Assembly: GCA_951406725.2 (NCBI GenBank)
Contig: OX597815.1
Location: forward strand, 33,108,001-33,172,000
Direction of reading: 5' to 3'
Source of the DNA: Octopus vulgaris
Taxonomy: Eukaryota
DNA length: 64,000 bases
Shown: positions 1-44,686 of the stretch, piece after piece
Layout: each line of letters starts with the position of its first letter
Numbering within the stretch: position 1 is the first letter of the stretch
Position numbers and translations under genes: made by a program
The notes under the pieces: model-generated
The model's database searches: none
The model's input: the letters and a program-made list of their open reading frames with translations, nothing else
Told to the model about the DNA's origin: nothing

Positions 1-1350
1 GTGAAGCTAAGGTTTGTTTGCTATTTTAAGGGACAGTGTGGGAGGTTGGTTTAGGTGGGGGAAGGAAGAGCAATGTGGAATTGAAAGGATTTTTTTGTTT
101 CTGGGTTAGTCTGTCATGGTTCAGTGGTTTTTGGGACTGGTCTTCGAGGTCAGAATGGTGTGTGTGTCTGTGTACGTCTCTATGTGTGTATATATACATG
201 TGTTTGTGTTTGTGTGTGGGAGCCGTTTTTGATTGGTCCCAGAGTTTATTGTGGTGTGTGTAAATGTGTCTGTGTGTGTTTTATATTTGGTAGGATGGTG
301 TGTGTATATGTGTAAACGTTTGTGTGTGGAGGCGCAATGGCCCAGTGGTTAGGGCAGCGGACTCGCGGTCATAGGATCGCGGTTTCGAATCCTAGACCAG
401 GCGTTGTGAGTGTTTATTGAGCGAAAACACCTAAAGCTCTACGAGACTCCGGCAGGGGATTGTGGTGATCCCTGCTGTACTCTTTCACCACAACTTTCTC
501 TCACTCTTACTTCCTGTTTCTGTTGTACCTGTATTTCAAAGGGCCGGCCTTGTCACTCTCTGTGTCACGCTGAATATCCCCGAGAACTACGTTAAGGGTA
601 CACGTGTCTGTGGAGTGCTCAGCCACTTACACGTTAATTTCACGAGCAGGCTGTTCCGTTGATTCGGATCAACCGGAACCCTCATCGTCGTAAACGACGG
701 AGTGCTTGAAGAAGAACGTTTGTGTGTGTGTATGTGTGCGATTAATATTTGTTAGGGCGTTGTATGTGCGCATGTGTGTGTATGTGTTTGTTCGCGTGTG
801 CGTATGTGTGCGTCCGTGGGTGCGTGTGTATGTTTGTGTGTTTTGTGTTGGTAGGGATGTTATGTGTATGTACGTGAGTGTGTTTGTACATGAGTGTGTG
901 TGTTGTGTCTGTCTGAGTATGTTTGTGTTTTAATTGTCCTTGTGGTGTGTTTGTGTCAGCAACCGTATGTGTGTGTGAAGGTGCATATGTATGTGTGTGT
1001 GTATGTGTGTGTTAGTGTGTTGTATATATCAGGGGTTCTGTGTGTGTCCGTGTGTGTTGGGTTTATCTGGGTGGTATGTATGTGTGTACATGTGCGTTTT
1101 GTGTATGTTGGTACTGAGTATGCGTTTGTGTGTGTGTATATATGTGGCTATGGTTTATGTAGTTTCCGGGGGTGTGTGTGCTGCATTTGTGAGTTATTTG
1201 TTTTGTTTGTATTGTTAGTGCAGTGTGTGTATACATGTGGGTGTGTTTGTGTGGGTGTGTCTATCTGTCTTGCATTTGTGTCATTGTGTGTGTGCATGCT
1301 TGTGTGTATGTGTGTTTGTTGTGGTTGTTGGGATTGTATTGTGTGTATAT
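1..1350. repeat. Degenerate (TG)-rich low-complexity tract, interrupted by a SINE
   Basis: Cryptic GT/TG simple sequence that produces the many V/C-rich spurious ORFs. Confidence 0.8.
326..714 (+). mobile_element. tRNA-derived SINE, family A (head A + tail 1), with TSD
   Basis: Head GTGGAGGCGCAATGGCCCAGTGGTTAGGGCAGCGG...GGTTTCGAATCC has A/B-box-like motifs; (GAA)n tail; TSD aacgtttgtgt at 315-325 and 715-725; homologous to 22082-22465. Confidence 0.85.
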
Positions 1351-1665
1351 GATATACAGATATACAAAATCACACATACACAAAACAAATGCGAACCTCC
1401 GACGGAAACACAAACACATACATTAACACAACAAAGCTTCTACAAAGCTTTACATTTTACTTTTGACAATCTTTTTCTAAAAACGTGAAACCTGTCAAGT
1501 GAATCAACATCTTTAAAATTGTATTTTCAAACCTTTCATAAACCCTCCTTCCCTTCTTTCCTGAGCGTCAAATAATACTTTTATTGTTCCACGTCCTCGC
1601 GCTGCTGTGTTTTTTTGTGTGTTTTCTTGTTTGGATTAACTATATATATATATATATATACAGAC

Positions 1666-1833
1666 GTAGGAGTGGCTGTGTGGTAAGTAGCTTGCTTACG
1701 AACCTCGTGGTTCCGGGTTCAGTCCCACTGCGTGGCACCTTGGGCAAGTGTCTTCTACTATAGCCTCGGCCCGACCAAAGCCTTGTGAGTGGACTTGGTA
1801 GACGGAAACTGAAAGAAGCCTGTCGTATAAATA

Positions 1834-1922
<89 letters not shown>

Positions 1923-2164
1923 TTGTGTGTGTGTGTGTATGTTTGTGTGTCTGTGTTTTCCCCCTTACATTGCTTGACAACTGATGCTGGTGTGTTTACG
2001 TCCCCGTCACTTAGCGGTTCGGCAAAAGAGACTGATAGAATAAGTACTGGACTTACAAAAGAATAAGTCTAGGGGTCGAGTTGCTCGATTAAAGGTGGTG
2101 CTCTAGCATGGCCGCGCAGTCAAATGACTGAAACAAGTAAAGGAGTAAAAGAGTAAAGAGTAAA

Positions 2165-2165
<1 letters not shown>
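1666..2165 (+). mobile_element. SINE family B with internal (TA)n(TG)n microsatellite
   Basis: Head AGGAGTGGCTGTGTGGTAAG...GGTTCAGTCCC; 3' end CAGTCAAATGACTGAAACAAGTAAAAGAG; several copies in the window. Confidence 0.85.
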
Positions 2166-2213
<48 letters not shown>

Positions 2214-2228
2214 CATATATACATATAC

Positions 2229-2268
<40 letters not shown>

Positions 2269-2334
2269 ATATGTATATGTATATATATATATATATACAT
2301 ACATATATATACATATATATATATACACATATAC

Positions 2335-2384
<50 letters not shown>

Positions 2385-2386
2385 TA

Positions 2387-2421
<35 letters not shown>

Positions 2422-2747
2422 GTATCGTTTTTGGATTTGGTTTGCAAGATTCTTTATATGAGTTCCTGTGTTGAAACATATTCTGTTGTGTCTCGGGAGA
2501 GTCATTTTCTATGTACACACAAGGAGACGGAGGTGCATACATATACAAACACACACACATACACTGACCCACACCTATGCGCACAAACAAACAGTGTAAA
2601 TAACGGACAGCGTCAAGACTATTGAAAAGGTTGCAAGACGCAACGAAAATTTTAGGAAAATAAAAATAAGAAATAAGTGGGAATTTTACCGGTGAGTGTG
2701 TTACATTATAAGGCACAAAAAGAAAATGACTCTCCCGAGACACAACA

Positions 2748-2786
<39 letters not shown>

Positions 2787-4320
2787 CATACATTCATACA
2801 TACATACATACATACATACATACACACACACATATATATATATATACCTACATAAAATTACATCAGGTTTGGTAAAAAAAAATAGGTGATCACGTACCTA
2901 CATCGTCGCTGTTGTGATTACAGACAATGAGAGAAAGAATTTCATATAAATTAAGCACATGTATTAAATGTTGATTTGAAGGTTAATATGTAACTGTAAA
3001 TGTATTGCAACGTTGCAACTGCTACGATAATTATCAACTGGTGACTGAACGGTAAATGTATAAAATAAGATGATCATAGTACTATCACATTAGAATTAAA
3101 AATCAAAGGATAAAAGTGAAACAGTATTATAGTTAGAATAAAAGACCAAAAGAATGCAAGTGAAACAATATTATATCATATCAAGGTGGTGAGTCGGCAG
3201 AAACATTAGTACGCCGGGCTGTCTACTCTTCCCCATTCATCTTTACTGTCTCTAGCAATAGTAACAGTGTTTTATTAAGACATCAACACAAAGCTAATTT
3301 TATTTTAACTCTGATATAAAATAGTTTGCTGTTTCTCTTTTAACGCATTTTCATTAATTCTTTCATTTGCTCAGAGGCATTGCTTTTGCGTTTAATAGGA
3401 TCCGATGAGAAAATGCAATAACATTTTTGTTAGGAATGCGTACGATGGAACCATTAAATCTTGCGTAAACCAGTAATAATATAAAAGTATTGATTTATAA
3501 CAAAAATAAATATATAAATATGATTAGCTAAGATTCTGAAGTTTGTTCAATTCTTTTTCAAAGGGTTAATGACCTAGGCAAAGTGGTGTAGTTGTTACTG
3601 CAACCGAAATTCGAATCCAGTCCTCGTTTATATAGAAGAACCACCCACTGGAAATAAGTTTCTCTTCAGCTGAGTGGGAAAGTGTGTAAAACCTAACATT
3701 ATGTGAAATTACTATTCTCCATTTCAAGCACTGATTGCACGTAGGGTTTTGTAAAGTCATATATAATGATATTCGCAACAATAACTGTTGCGAATGCTAG
3801 GGATTGAGATTGTCAGCAGATGAAGAGAAGTAAAGCGATTAAGTTATGAGCGAGTTAATGTTGAGCTGTGAATAGAGTTAATGTTAAACTATGAATAGAA
3901 AACGAAAGCGAAAAATTTTTAAAAAGAACAAAATTAGCTCATATCAGGAGATTCACAAACTGGTATGATCGGTGTAACTGATATTTAGTCTAAACTTGTG
4001 TGGTACAAGGTCTGCAGAAAAACGTGGTTGGAGGAAGACGAACTAGGTAAATAGATTAAATTGAGATCTGGGAGAGACAGCAACAGTGAGAAGAGATGAA
4101 TTGGGTGTACCCAGTGGACCTAGGCGTAAGAGTTATGATGTTGTATAGTTCAATTTCCCTCGTTTTGATTGGTTGTTTAAAGCAGTCGTTTGCAAACTTT
4201 TCGTTACCAAGGACCCCTTTTATTTAAATGAGTTTTCCCACGGACTGCTTTTAATATGCCTATCCTTATGTATGTATGTATGTATGTATGTATGTATGTA
4301 TGTATGTATGTATGTATGCA

Positions 4321-5420
4321 TATATATATATATGTATATGTAAAAAAATACAACTGGGACAAGAACGCAAAACATTTAGAAGACGATACAAAAACCACGG
4401 ATGGGACATTCGAAGCCTTCAATCTTCAGTCAAGAACTGGATCATCGTCGCAATTTCGGCTGATTAATCTTGAGATTGCTCCGATCTGGCCAGCCCCAAA
4501 GGAAAACCTAAGCCAAGTGCATTAGATTCCTTGGAAGAAAGCCTCGAATGTATACAAAACAAGGACGGAAAAACGGACGATGTTACACGAATAAGAATAC
4601 AAAAATACTTAAAAACAATAATGATAATAATAATAACAAAAATAGGATGTCACAGACAGGCGTCTTTTCGACAGGACGAGTAAACTTTGAGCTGGCGTGT
4701 TAGAAAAATGCCTTAAGGCAAGAGAGAGAAAAAAATGTGTCTTGCCGCGACGACTGCTGACAACGAAAGGCCAGCAATCGGTCGGTTAGTCACGTGTGAG
4801 GAGAAGAGAGAGGAAAAGAGGGACAGATGAAGAGAGAAAAAAGGGGAACAAGGAACAAAGGAGGAGGAGAAGAGAGAGAGAAAGAGACAGATCAAAGTGG
4901 AGTGCAAAGTGTGAAAGGCAGAGAAATGTAGGAGAGGGGGGAGAGAGACAGTGTTATAGAGTCGTATCAAGTTTAAAGAAATATGTACTTACATATAAGA
5001 CCAAAAGGGTACGGGCGTCGCTATATATATATATATATGTATATGTAAAAAAATACAACTGGGACAAGAACGCAAAACATTTAGAAGACGATACAAAAAA
5101 CACAGACGGGACATTCGAAGCCTTCAATCTTCAGTCAAGAACCGGATCATCATCGCAATTTCGGCTGATTAATCTTGAGATTGCTCCGATCTGGCCAGCG
5201 CCAAAGGAAAATCTAAGCCAAGCGCATTAGATTCCTTGGAAGAAAGCCTCGAATGTATACAAAACAAGGACGGAAAAACGGACGATGTTACACGAATAAG
5301 AATACAAAAATACGTAAAAACAATAATGATAATAATAACAAAAACAGGACGTCACAGACAGGTGTCTTTTCGACAGGACGAGTAAACTTTGAGCTGGGTG
5401 TTAGAAAAATGCCTTAAGGC
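4321..5420. repeat. Two ~390-bp direct repeats (4321-4720, ~5030-5420), probably tandem termini of a Penelope-like element
   Basis: Near-identical units both start TATATGTAAAAAAATACAACTGGGACAAG and end AAAAATGCCTTAAGGCA. The Penelope assignment is an inference. Confidence 0.7.
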
Positions 5421-5487
5421 ACACGGACCCGAGTACTACCTTTGTAGACCACCAGGGATCCGCGGACCACAGGTTGGGAACCACTGG
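5421..5487 (-). mobile_element. hAT (Charlie-like) MITE terminus
   Basis: ...GGACCACAGGTTGGGAACCACTG is the reverse complement of a CAGTGGTTCCCAACCTG hAT-type end. Confidence 0.55.
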
Positions 5488-5730
5488 TTTAGAGCATTTC
5501 TTCGAGTAGCAGCAGAAACGTCATGAATATGTTAGTATTTCATTTTAAGTTATAACAAAATCAGCTACTGAAGAGCGCCGAGGTATTTTGTCGTTCTGAA
5601 GGGAATGCATAAGCCTTGCCTTGCGGCTTTTGATAGTGTTATGAGGCTGCCCTGAAGGATCGTCAGAGATTTTGTGGACTAATATTTTTTTTAAAATATC
5701 AGTAAAATATAAAATTAATATTTTCTATAT

Positions 5731-5835
5731 CTTCTTCTTCTTCTTCTTCTTCTTCTTCTTCTTCTTCTTCTTCTTCTTCTTCTTCTTCTTCTTCTTCTTC
5801 TTCTTCTTCTTCTTCTTCTTCTCCTCCTCCTCCTC
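5731..5835. repeat. (TTC)n(CTC)n microsatellite
   Basis: Seen directly. Confidence 0.95.
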
Positions 5836-6576
5836 TTAATGCTACATAGCTAAAAAAACACATTTGTAAACGTATCGATATTTGTTTGAATCAATATTTA
5901 TCTTATCAATTAAGACTACATTAAGGCCAGCTGATGCTCTGCTCTAAGCACGGTCTAACAAAAGTACCTCTAGGCCATTAAGTCATAAGCGCCTAAGATG
6001 AGATGATAGTTTCAAAACTCTGTTTTCTTTTAGTTTATCCGTCAAGTAAGACCTCACAATTACAGGGAATACAACCTGTAATACTAGACAGCAATAAACA
6101 ATATAAGCAAATAATCGATTTCTAACCTGGGTAAAAGGGGAAAATGCAAATTTTCAACACTTGAATACCCTTTCAAATGAAAGGGTATTCCGGTGTATAT
6201 ATGCCATTTCTTTGTGGTAAATCCGACTCTGGAAAATTCCCTGTAGAATACCCTTTCTTTGGTACTTAACTTCGTATTTATTCAGGCCTATTGTCAATAC
6301 CTGTTCACAATTTTTTGATTTTACAAAATTTACTCGACTTCTGTCTCCACGTAATTCTGTTCATTCGTTTTTCTCGTTTCTTTTCTCTGGGAAACAAATA
6401 TTTTATTGAGAGAACTGACATTTCTCACTTGCAAGTTCTTCTTCTGACATTAAGAATTCTTTGGTATTTTCAAAATAATCATATTTTTTTCTAACTGATC
6501 TGACTAGGATTGATAGACGTTTTTTTTTGTAGAAACGTAGCGCAAGAGCATCGAAAACATACTTCGATGAAACAGC

Positions 6577-6585
6577 ACTACTACC

Positions 6586-6653
<68 letters not shown>

Positions 6654-6664
6654 TACTACTATCA

Positions 6665-6718
<54 letters not shown>

Positions 6719-6743
6719 ACAATAATAATAATAATAATAATAA
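6577..6743. repeat. (CTA)n followed by (TAA)n microsatellite
   Basis: Seen directly. Confidence 0.95.
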
Positions 6744-7604
6744 TCAAGACAGACGAAGAGAGGAAACAACTGGAAGGATAAGACGGTGCACTGTCAGTTC
6801 TTTTGAGAGATGCCGAAGAACATAGATCCAGATAAAAGGTTAAAGTGGTTACAAAATATGAAGAAAGCGACCTGAAATCTGAGTCAACACAGGAACAGAA
6901 TCTGACAAGATAAATTAAGAATGTACGATGAAACTGTAGTGGTATTGTAGCATTTTACTGGTAAATTCTAGTTAAGAAAGGGAAGAGAGACAATCCTGAA
7001 ATTTAAATAAATTAAAATTAAATGAATGTATGCAATAGGAGTGAGTCCAATGTTAGGTAGCACAGAAACAGCTCCAAGCAGACTTCACTATGTCAGTCAA
7101 ACATAATTTCTTTCTCCTTATCCGACCTAAGGTGACTAAGGTGCATAAAGCGTTAAAGTGAACAAACAATATTAGGTGTGACAACTTATTTATTTATGCA
7201 TTCCAATTCTTTATGTCTCTCAGTCAGCTTTAGTCTGACTTGTATTTGTTCTTCCTGTTGATGACGTTCTTGAAAAACTTCTCCCAGCCTTTAACAATTT
7301 AAGATCTAAATTTTAAAATTATCTCCAAACTGAAGGGAATTAATATAGAATTTACTGAAAGAGTTTACTGATACAGTTTACTGGCATAGACTATTGATGA
7401 AGTTTAATATTTTTCCAAAACGAGTTTTGTCTTCTGCAAGTGCCGTCAGAACCAGTAAAAGAGTAAAAAGGATGATCGGAAGTATAGCACAAGAATCTCA
7501 TTTCTGTACTTCTCTTATATAAATGAAGAGCCCTACAGGCAGATTAGATTAGTAATATTGACTGAATTTTATACAATCACAGTCGGAATCACATGCAAAC
7601 TCAC

Positions 7605-38263
<30,659 letters not shown>

Positions 38264-39897
38264 CTGTAAAGATTAAAAATAACAAAACAATATTAATAAG
38301 TAATGATAACTGGCAAAGATTAAAGTTGGATGTTAGAAGAGTAGTTTTGTGGGGAGACTGAGGTGGTGTTGTTGTTGTTGTTTAGCCCAAAGTCAAACTT
38401 GATAAATCAACCCTATGATGAAAGGCAACCTGGCCATGTCTATCCTGTCTTTTTGCATATCAAAAAATTTTATAAGGCAGTAGGATGTGATTTGAGGAGA
38501 CTTAGCAGCTATTTCTAGCATATCCGTTGACCACTTAGACAATCTTTCGTTGCCTGGAATATTTTTTCTTTGATTGTGGAAGTAATCAATTGGTGAATTT
38601 TATGGGTAACCTACGATGCTAAATGTACATTTTTGCGTTCTTTGGAGTTCAACAAATTCCTAATTAGACATGAACTGATTCAAGACCCAGGAACTCGCAA
38701 CCTATGTTAATTCTAATATACTATTTGTAAACTAGTAATGCTTCTTTATATTGACTAAGTATGACATCGGCGAGTATTCTGTTTCTGTGAATAGCTTTTA
38801 CGTGTCTAATGAACGTGTTAGCGGTGCTCTACGCAATTCTCTCTGTATTTGTTTCAAGCAAAATTTCGATTTGAATAAGTGTAGATGTTGAGTATTGTGA
38901 TCTAAATCATGTGTTGAGCTAGAAAGAACTATATGTAGGCTGGATGCATCTTCCATTGAACACTAAATTTAAACAGATGTCATTCGATATCATTCAATTT
39001 TCTATTCTCGTGATTCACTTATTCCTTTTCCTTCAAGGATTCAAGTCGAAATGTTAGATTCCCGCCTGTTTCTTTCGCTGGTGTGTTTACTTTCATTGTG
39101 TACATTCATCCATTGTTGTTGTTGTTGTTCCACTGTGCATTTCTACGCTTTTTCGCCCATGCGTCTTATCTGATTTCATGTATTATTTGTTTGTTTTCTC
39201 CTCTTGCCTCATAATCTTTCTAGTTTTATTACACACACATACACATACACACACACACACACATACACACACACACACAGACACACACACACACACACAT
39301 ACACATATATATAAACATACATACATACATATATATATATATATATGTATATGCATACATATGTACATGCATACGTACATACATACAAAAAGAAAGTGGT
39401 TAACAGATGTATATGAATCTGTATGTATGTGTGCAGCTGTACGAACTTGTAAATAAAAGTAGGATTAATTTCAAACCCACCTCGGATGTACCTCTTTTAT
39501 TGCCATGCTTTCACTGCTCTAAACTAATCTTATTATTACAAAAATGTTCTATTCTAGGATCTTCGTCGATTAGGATTGCCCATCTATATGCACCTACATG
39601 CGCAAACCTGGCTTAGGTTTTTTTGTGAAAGACCTGTACTTGACTCTGCATGTTTTCTCTCTTCATGCCACCAGTGTTGTCCAAAACAAAGACTTCACTT
39701 GAAGGCCATACTCTCTCGGTTTTACAAATCCATCACTTTGAAGTGTTATTTTTTTAAAACCCCGCCCCAAAAGGATGAAAGCAAAGTTGATTTTGGCGGG
39801 ATTTGAACTCAGAGCACGGACAGACAAATACAGTGTGGCATTCTACTCCACACTCAACAACTTTACTAATTCGACACCTTACTACATAAAGAAGCAG

Positions 39898-40103
39898 CAG
39901 GTACTGAAAAGTTCCTGCTTTAAGTGTATTGGGAAAGGCCTGGCTGGAGGGCCAACCTTCCGAGTTCTTTTACAGGGTTTACTGAAGCAGCGTTGCAATA
40001 AGTGTGTGAGTCTGGCAGGGGAATAGGTTGAATAAAATCATAATTAACTGATCCTCCTGTATTATTTTACCCAAAGCCAGGAACTTTTCAGCACGCCCTC
40101 GTA
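39898..40103. mobile_element. Mariner-derived MITE / internal-deletion derivative
   Basis: Inverted ends GTACTGAAAAGTTCCTG / CAGGAACTTTTCAGCAC(GCCCTCGTA). Confidence 0.6.
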
Positions 40104-40774
40104 TGTATATTTGGAAACATTTAAGTTTTCAACCATATCCATGGTTTAAGTTTTCAACCATGTGATATACATGCCACATATTTGTTGATTAATTTCAACT
40201 AATTTTTTTTTCCAAACATGTTTAATAAATATATCCTAAGTGACAAGCAAGCATAAATTTTTCTGTAAATCGTTTCATAATATGAAATGTGGTTCTTTAC
40301 ATTACGTGATATAAGTGCCACGTAATAATACTCTAAATTGTGAATGTATCTATTGATTCGTGATATTTTATAATATTGAAAGGCGAAATTGATAGGGGCT
40401 TCTTTTCATCATCTCACACAATTTTTTTACCATTATTTTATTATAGTATCAAATTATACTGTTATTTTGCTTCCCTTCATTACTGTTCTTATTCTATTAT
40501 CGTCTCATCATGGCCATCGCTGTTGTCATAGTTATCGTCATCGAAGTCATCTTCATCAACATCATTTTTTTATAATTTTCATCATCATGATATTCAATGT
40601 GATAACAAAAAAGGGGGTGGCATTGATATCACAGGTAGTCTCTTAAGTTATGTAAATATAATTTTTATAGTGACAGCTGACTGTTTGCCTGCAAACATAA
40701 CTGTTTTTGTATTATACTTGCAAAAGGAAGTGGTTACATAGCCTAGACGCGTGTTCATTATATTGTGTGTATAA

Positions 40775-41275
40775 GGCGGCGAGCTGGCAGAATCGTTAGC
40801 ATGCCGGGCGAAATGCTTAGCGGTATTTCGTCTGCCGCTACGTTCTGAGTTCAAATTCTGCCGAGGTCGACTTTGCCTTTCATCCTTTCGGGGTCGATTA
40901 AAAAAGTACCAGTTACGCACTGGGGTCGATATAATCGACTTAATCCGTTTGTCTGTCCTTGTTTGTCTTCTCTGTGTTTAGCCCCTTGTGGTTAGTAAAG
41001 AAATAGGTATTTCGTCTGCCGTTACGTTCTGAGTTCAAATTCCGCCGACTTCGCCCCTTGTGAACAATAAAGAAATAAGAATAGTTAGCAGCCGGGCAAA
41101 ATACTTAGCGCATTTCATCCGTCTTTACGTTCTGAGTTCAAATTCCACCGGGGTTGTCTTTACCTTTCATCCTTTCGGGTTCAATGAAATAACTACCAGT
41201 TACGCACTGCGGTCGATGTAATCGATTAACCCTCTTCCCCCCAAATTTCAGACCTTGGGTCTATAGAAGAAAAAA
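40775..41275 (+). mobile_element. SINE family C, tandem multimer
   Basis: Full unit followed by head-truncated repeats that restart at GGTATTTCGTCTGCCGTTACG. Confidence 0.8.
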
Positions 41276-42139
41276 TTATATTGTGTATACCTGCTACCAT
41301 ATATGGAATATACTTTCATCCAATACGATTCGTTCATTATTCAGACGACTAGAATATGAAAGATGTCCCTGCTCCCACATCCGTACACAAGGAATGACAT
41401 TCTCATGATTTTAGTTGTGCATTGTTCATGAGTATTGAAGTCATATTGTGTGCGTGAATGTGTGTGTGTGTATGTGTGCGCGTGCGCGCGCGCGTTCTCT
41501 CTCTCTTGAGATATAACACAAGCGCTGTGGTACTAATGATATTTTATAAGTGCAATCAAGCAGTTAACTACATCTAGATGCCATGATCATGATCGCCGTT
41601 GTCGTCATCGTCGTCATCATCATCATCGTCACTACCATCATCTACGATCATCATCAAAATCATCATCATCAGCATCATCACCATCCTCATCATCATCACT
41701 GTCATCATCATCCTCTTTTTCAAAAAGTTTAATGTACTGTAATTGAAAAGTTGCAAAGGAAAGAACTTGCCCACGGTTATTTGGAATTTAATCATAAATT
41801 ATTTTACAGCGAAACCAGAGGATGTATTAAAATTTCCTCGATTCAAAACGTATTATCACCTTGTTATTGGTAATTCCATTGCTGTTTTTTCACTCGATCA
41901 TCAATAACCTACGCATATTTTTTTCAGACAAATGAAGGATCTTTGTAGCATTCATTTAACCACAACCGTAACTCTAACAGCTAATAAAGGCCAAACATTT
42001 ACATTTATATTCACAAAAGTGTTTCAACCGACTTAGAGAAGCAGTGATTTTATTGTTTTAAAACTCGAGACGGCTTCAGCCACTTTAAAAACCGGGAGTT
42101 CACCGGAAGGATTTCAAGTGACACTGACAAACGGAGAAA

Positions 42140-42372
42140 AAGAAGAAGAAGAAGAAGAAGAAGAAGAAGAAGAAGAAGAAGAAGAAGAAGGAGGAGGAGG
42201 AGGAGGAGGAGAGGAGGAGGAGAAGAAGAAGAAGAAGAAGAAGAAGAAGAAGGAGAAGAAGAAGAAGAAGAAGAAGAAGGAGAAGAGGAGGAGGAAAAGA
42301 AGAACAAGAAAACAACAACAACAAAAACAACAACAGTGGTAACAGCTGAAACAACAACAGCAACAGCAGCAA
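42140..42372. repeat. (GAA/GGA)n and (CAA/CAG)n compound microsatellite
   Basis: Seen directly; followed by a truncated family A SINE head at ~42375-42490. Confidence 0.9.
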
Positions 42373-42699
42373 TAGTGGAGGCGCAATGGCCCAGTGGTTA
42401 GGGCAGCGGACTCGCGGTCGTAAGAGCGTGGTTTCGATTCCCAGACCGGGCATTGTGAGTGTTTATTGAGCAAAAATACTTAAGCTCCAAAGTTTCCACC
42501 AGCTAAATGTCACTCATCAGGTATTGATCAGCAATAATAACTATAACAGCTGTTGTGATTTTGCTGGATTTGAACCTGTTAGGTGGAGCGTTGTATTACT
42601 CTACACAGCAGGTGAATATGTTCGTTTATTTGACATTTATCAAGTGGACTCTTCCTTTGTCAAGTGTATTGGCTTGTGCCAGATGTATGTATAAATTAC

Positions 42700-43500
42700 T
42701 CGTTTTAAAGAGTCGACGTCTGAGGAGGAACTGCTAAGAACAGTCAAGGAAATAGATAAGCAATTGGAGACAAGGAAAAGGAATTTTGCAGACGTCGCAA
42801 AAGGTTCTGAAGATAATGTTGAGATAGAAATTGGTAAACACAAAAATCCCCATCCCCCGCAAGAAACGATTAGTAAAATGAAGAAAAGAACAGTGATGTA
42901 TAAAATACACTCGGTGAAGGCTGGAAAAGTAGACAATATGACGAGTGAACAAGTAGAGAAGGCTCTGAGGCCAATCTGGCAAGAGATAGTGTATCTTGTC
43001 AGAGGAGCGAAGTACGGAGAGGTGGAAGTCTGGTTTAAGGATGAAACAACGACTAAGAAACATTCAGCGATCACAATAAGGAACGAAGAAACAATACTTC
43101 TGCCCACTTACCTGGGACGGAGAGCGTCTAGTTTAGGGTGGAAGGAGTTCCACCGGAGATGGATGTGGCCTGGATAGCAGCCGCTGTCCTATTTGGTAAT
43201 GAGGATAAGATAGCGGTGCTCCAGGCTACAAAAAGTGTTCATTGGAAGGGTCAGACTCTGAATATGGATTATTCAGGGGTCGAACGAGACCATAGAGGAC
43301 ATGATGGAGATTATAACGGGGAACGACACGATAATGAGTGTCACGGTGGAAGACAGAATCCCTCACTGCTTTAAATGTGGTCTGAAGGGCCATATTAGGG
43401 CGAAATGTCCTCCACTGACCAAAGAGACTGAACGACCACAAGCGGTAGAGCCCCAGGAGAAACCTCAGGAGAAATCCCAGGAAGAACAAAAGGAATAAAC
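42700..43500 (+). mobile_element. LINE ORF1 (gag-like, CCHC zinc knuckle), frameshifted; likely Tx1/L1-type
   Basis: ORF 42764..43177 continues through frameshifts to CFKCGLKGHIRAKC (CX2CX4HX4C). Confidence 0.65.
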
Positions 43501-44285
43501 AATGTTACCAGTAGGAGTGGAAGTAGTGGCAGAGAAAGAATGGGAAAAGAAAAAGGAGAAAGAATAAGTTTAGTCCAATACGCACAGAACCCCACCCACA
43601 CCCTCTTTGTCTCACCCTCTTCCTGCATACACCAATCCTTCCCACTCCCCTCCAACACAAAAACAAAAAATAAAAGCATTAACACACAGGAACCTACAAA
43701 TTTCCCTTCCCACTGGTTGTTTTGCGTGTGTGTTGTATGAGGAAGCGGAAGATGAACTGGTTAAAAGGTGGTGAAATGGAAGGATACAGTGTTTGTTGGG
43801 GTGGATGATGAGGCGAGTATTGGTGGATGTGTAAGGCACTATACAGGCATACTAAAGAAAGAACAGCAACAACAGCAACAACAGTGACAATAACAACAAT
43901 GATAGAAGTAATAACAGCAACAACAACAACAGGAAAATGTTGGGTATCATCAGTGATTTTTCTTATAAATAAAAGTGTTTTGAATATTATTGGCATACCC
44001 GGTAAAAATAGTGGACATTACGTAGGTTCTGGGTGCAGTTGAACGAATATTCTTCCAGATATTGAGCAGTAATGTTGAGTGTTAAATTAATTTCGGGGAC
44101 TTTCTCTGATTCCATTTTTGTTTCTGTTTAATAGAGCTTCATAACTGTATCAGCTGTTCTGAAAGATTAAAAACATTTATGAAACAGATGCGGCACACAC
44201 ACATACACATTAAAAACAGCAATAACTATAACAGCTATTAACAATAACAGAAATCGCAGACCTTGTGCCAATATTATAAACAATA

Positions 44286-44686
44286 GGTGCAGGAGTGGCT
44301 GTGAGATAAGTAGCTTGCTTACCAACCACATGGTTCCGGGTTCAGTCCCATTGCGTGCCACCTTGAGCAAGTGTCTTCTACTACAGCCTCGGGCAGACCA
44401 AAGCCTTGTGAGTGGATTTGGTAGACGGAAACTGAAACAAGCCCGTCGTATATATGTATATATATGTATATGTGTGTGTGTGTTTGTGTGTTTGTATTTG
44501 TCCCTGCAACATCGCTTGACGACCGATGCTGGTGTGTTTGCGTCCCCGTAACTTAGCGGTTCGGCAAAAGAGACTGATAGAATAAGTATTAGGCTTACAA
44601 AGAATAAGTCCTGGGGTCGATTTGTTCGACTAAACGCGGTGCTCCAGCATGGCCGCAGTCAAATGACTGAAACAAGTAAAAGAGTA
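44286..44686 (+). mobile_element. SINE family B
   Basis: Full-length copy with internal TA/TG repeat. Confidence 0.85.

Noticed and set aside
326-400. tRNA gene-like sequences at SINE heads
   Set aside because: They continue into SINE bodies with TSDs and lack a proper acceptor stem; not tRNA genes
1-7604. Search for the CWxPY / NPxxY exons
   Set aside because: No matching codons with splice sites were found by eye; they are presumed to lie left of the window
40775-41275. Repeat-spacer-like pattern suggesting a CRISPR array
   Set aside because: Eukaryotic SINE multimers; no constant short repeat with unique spacers and no cas genes
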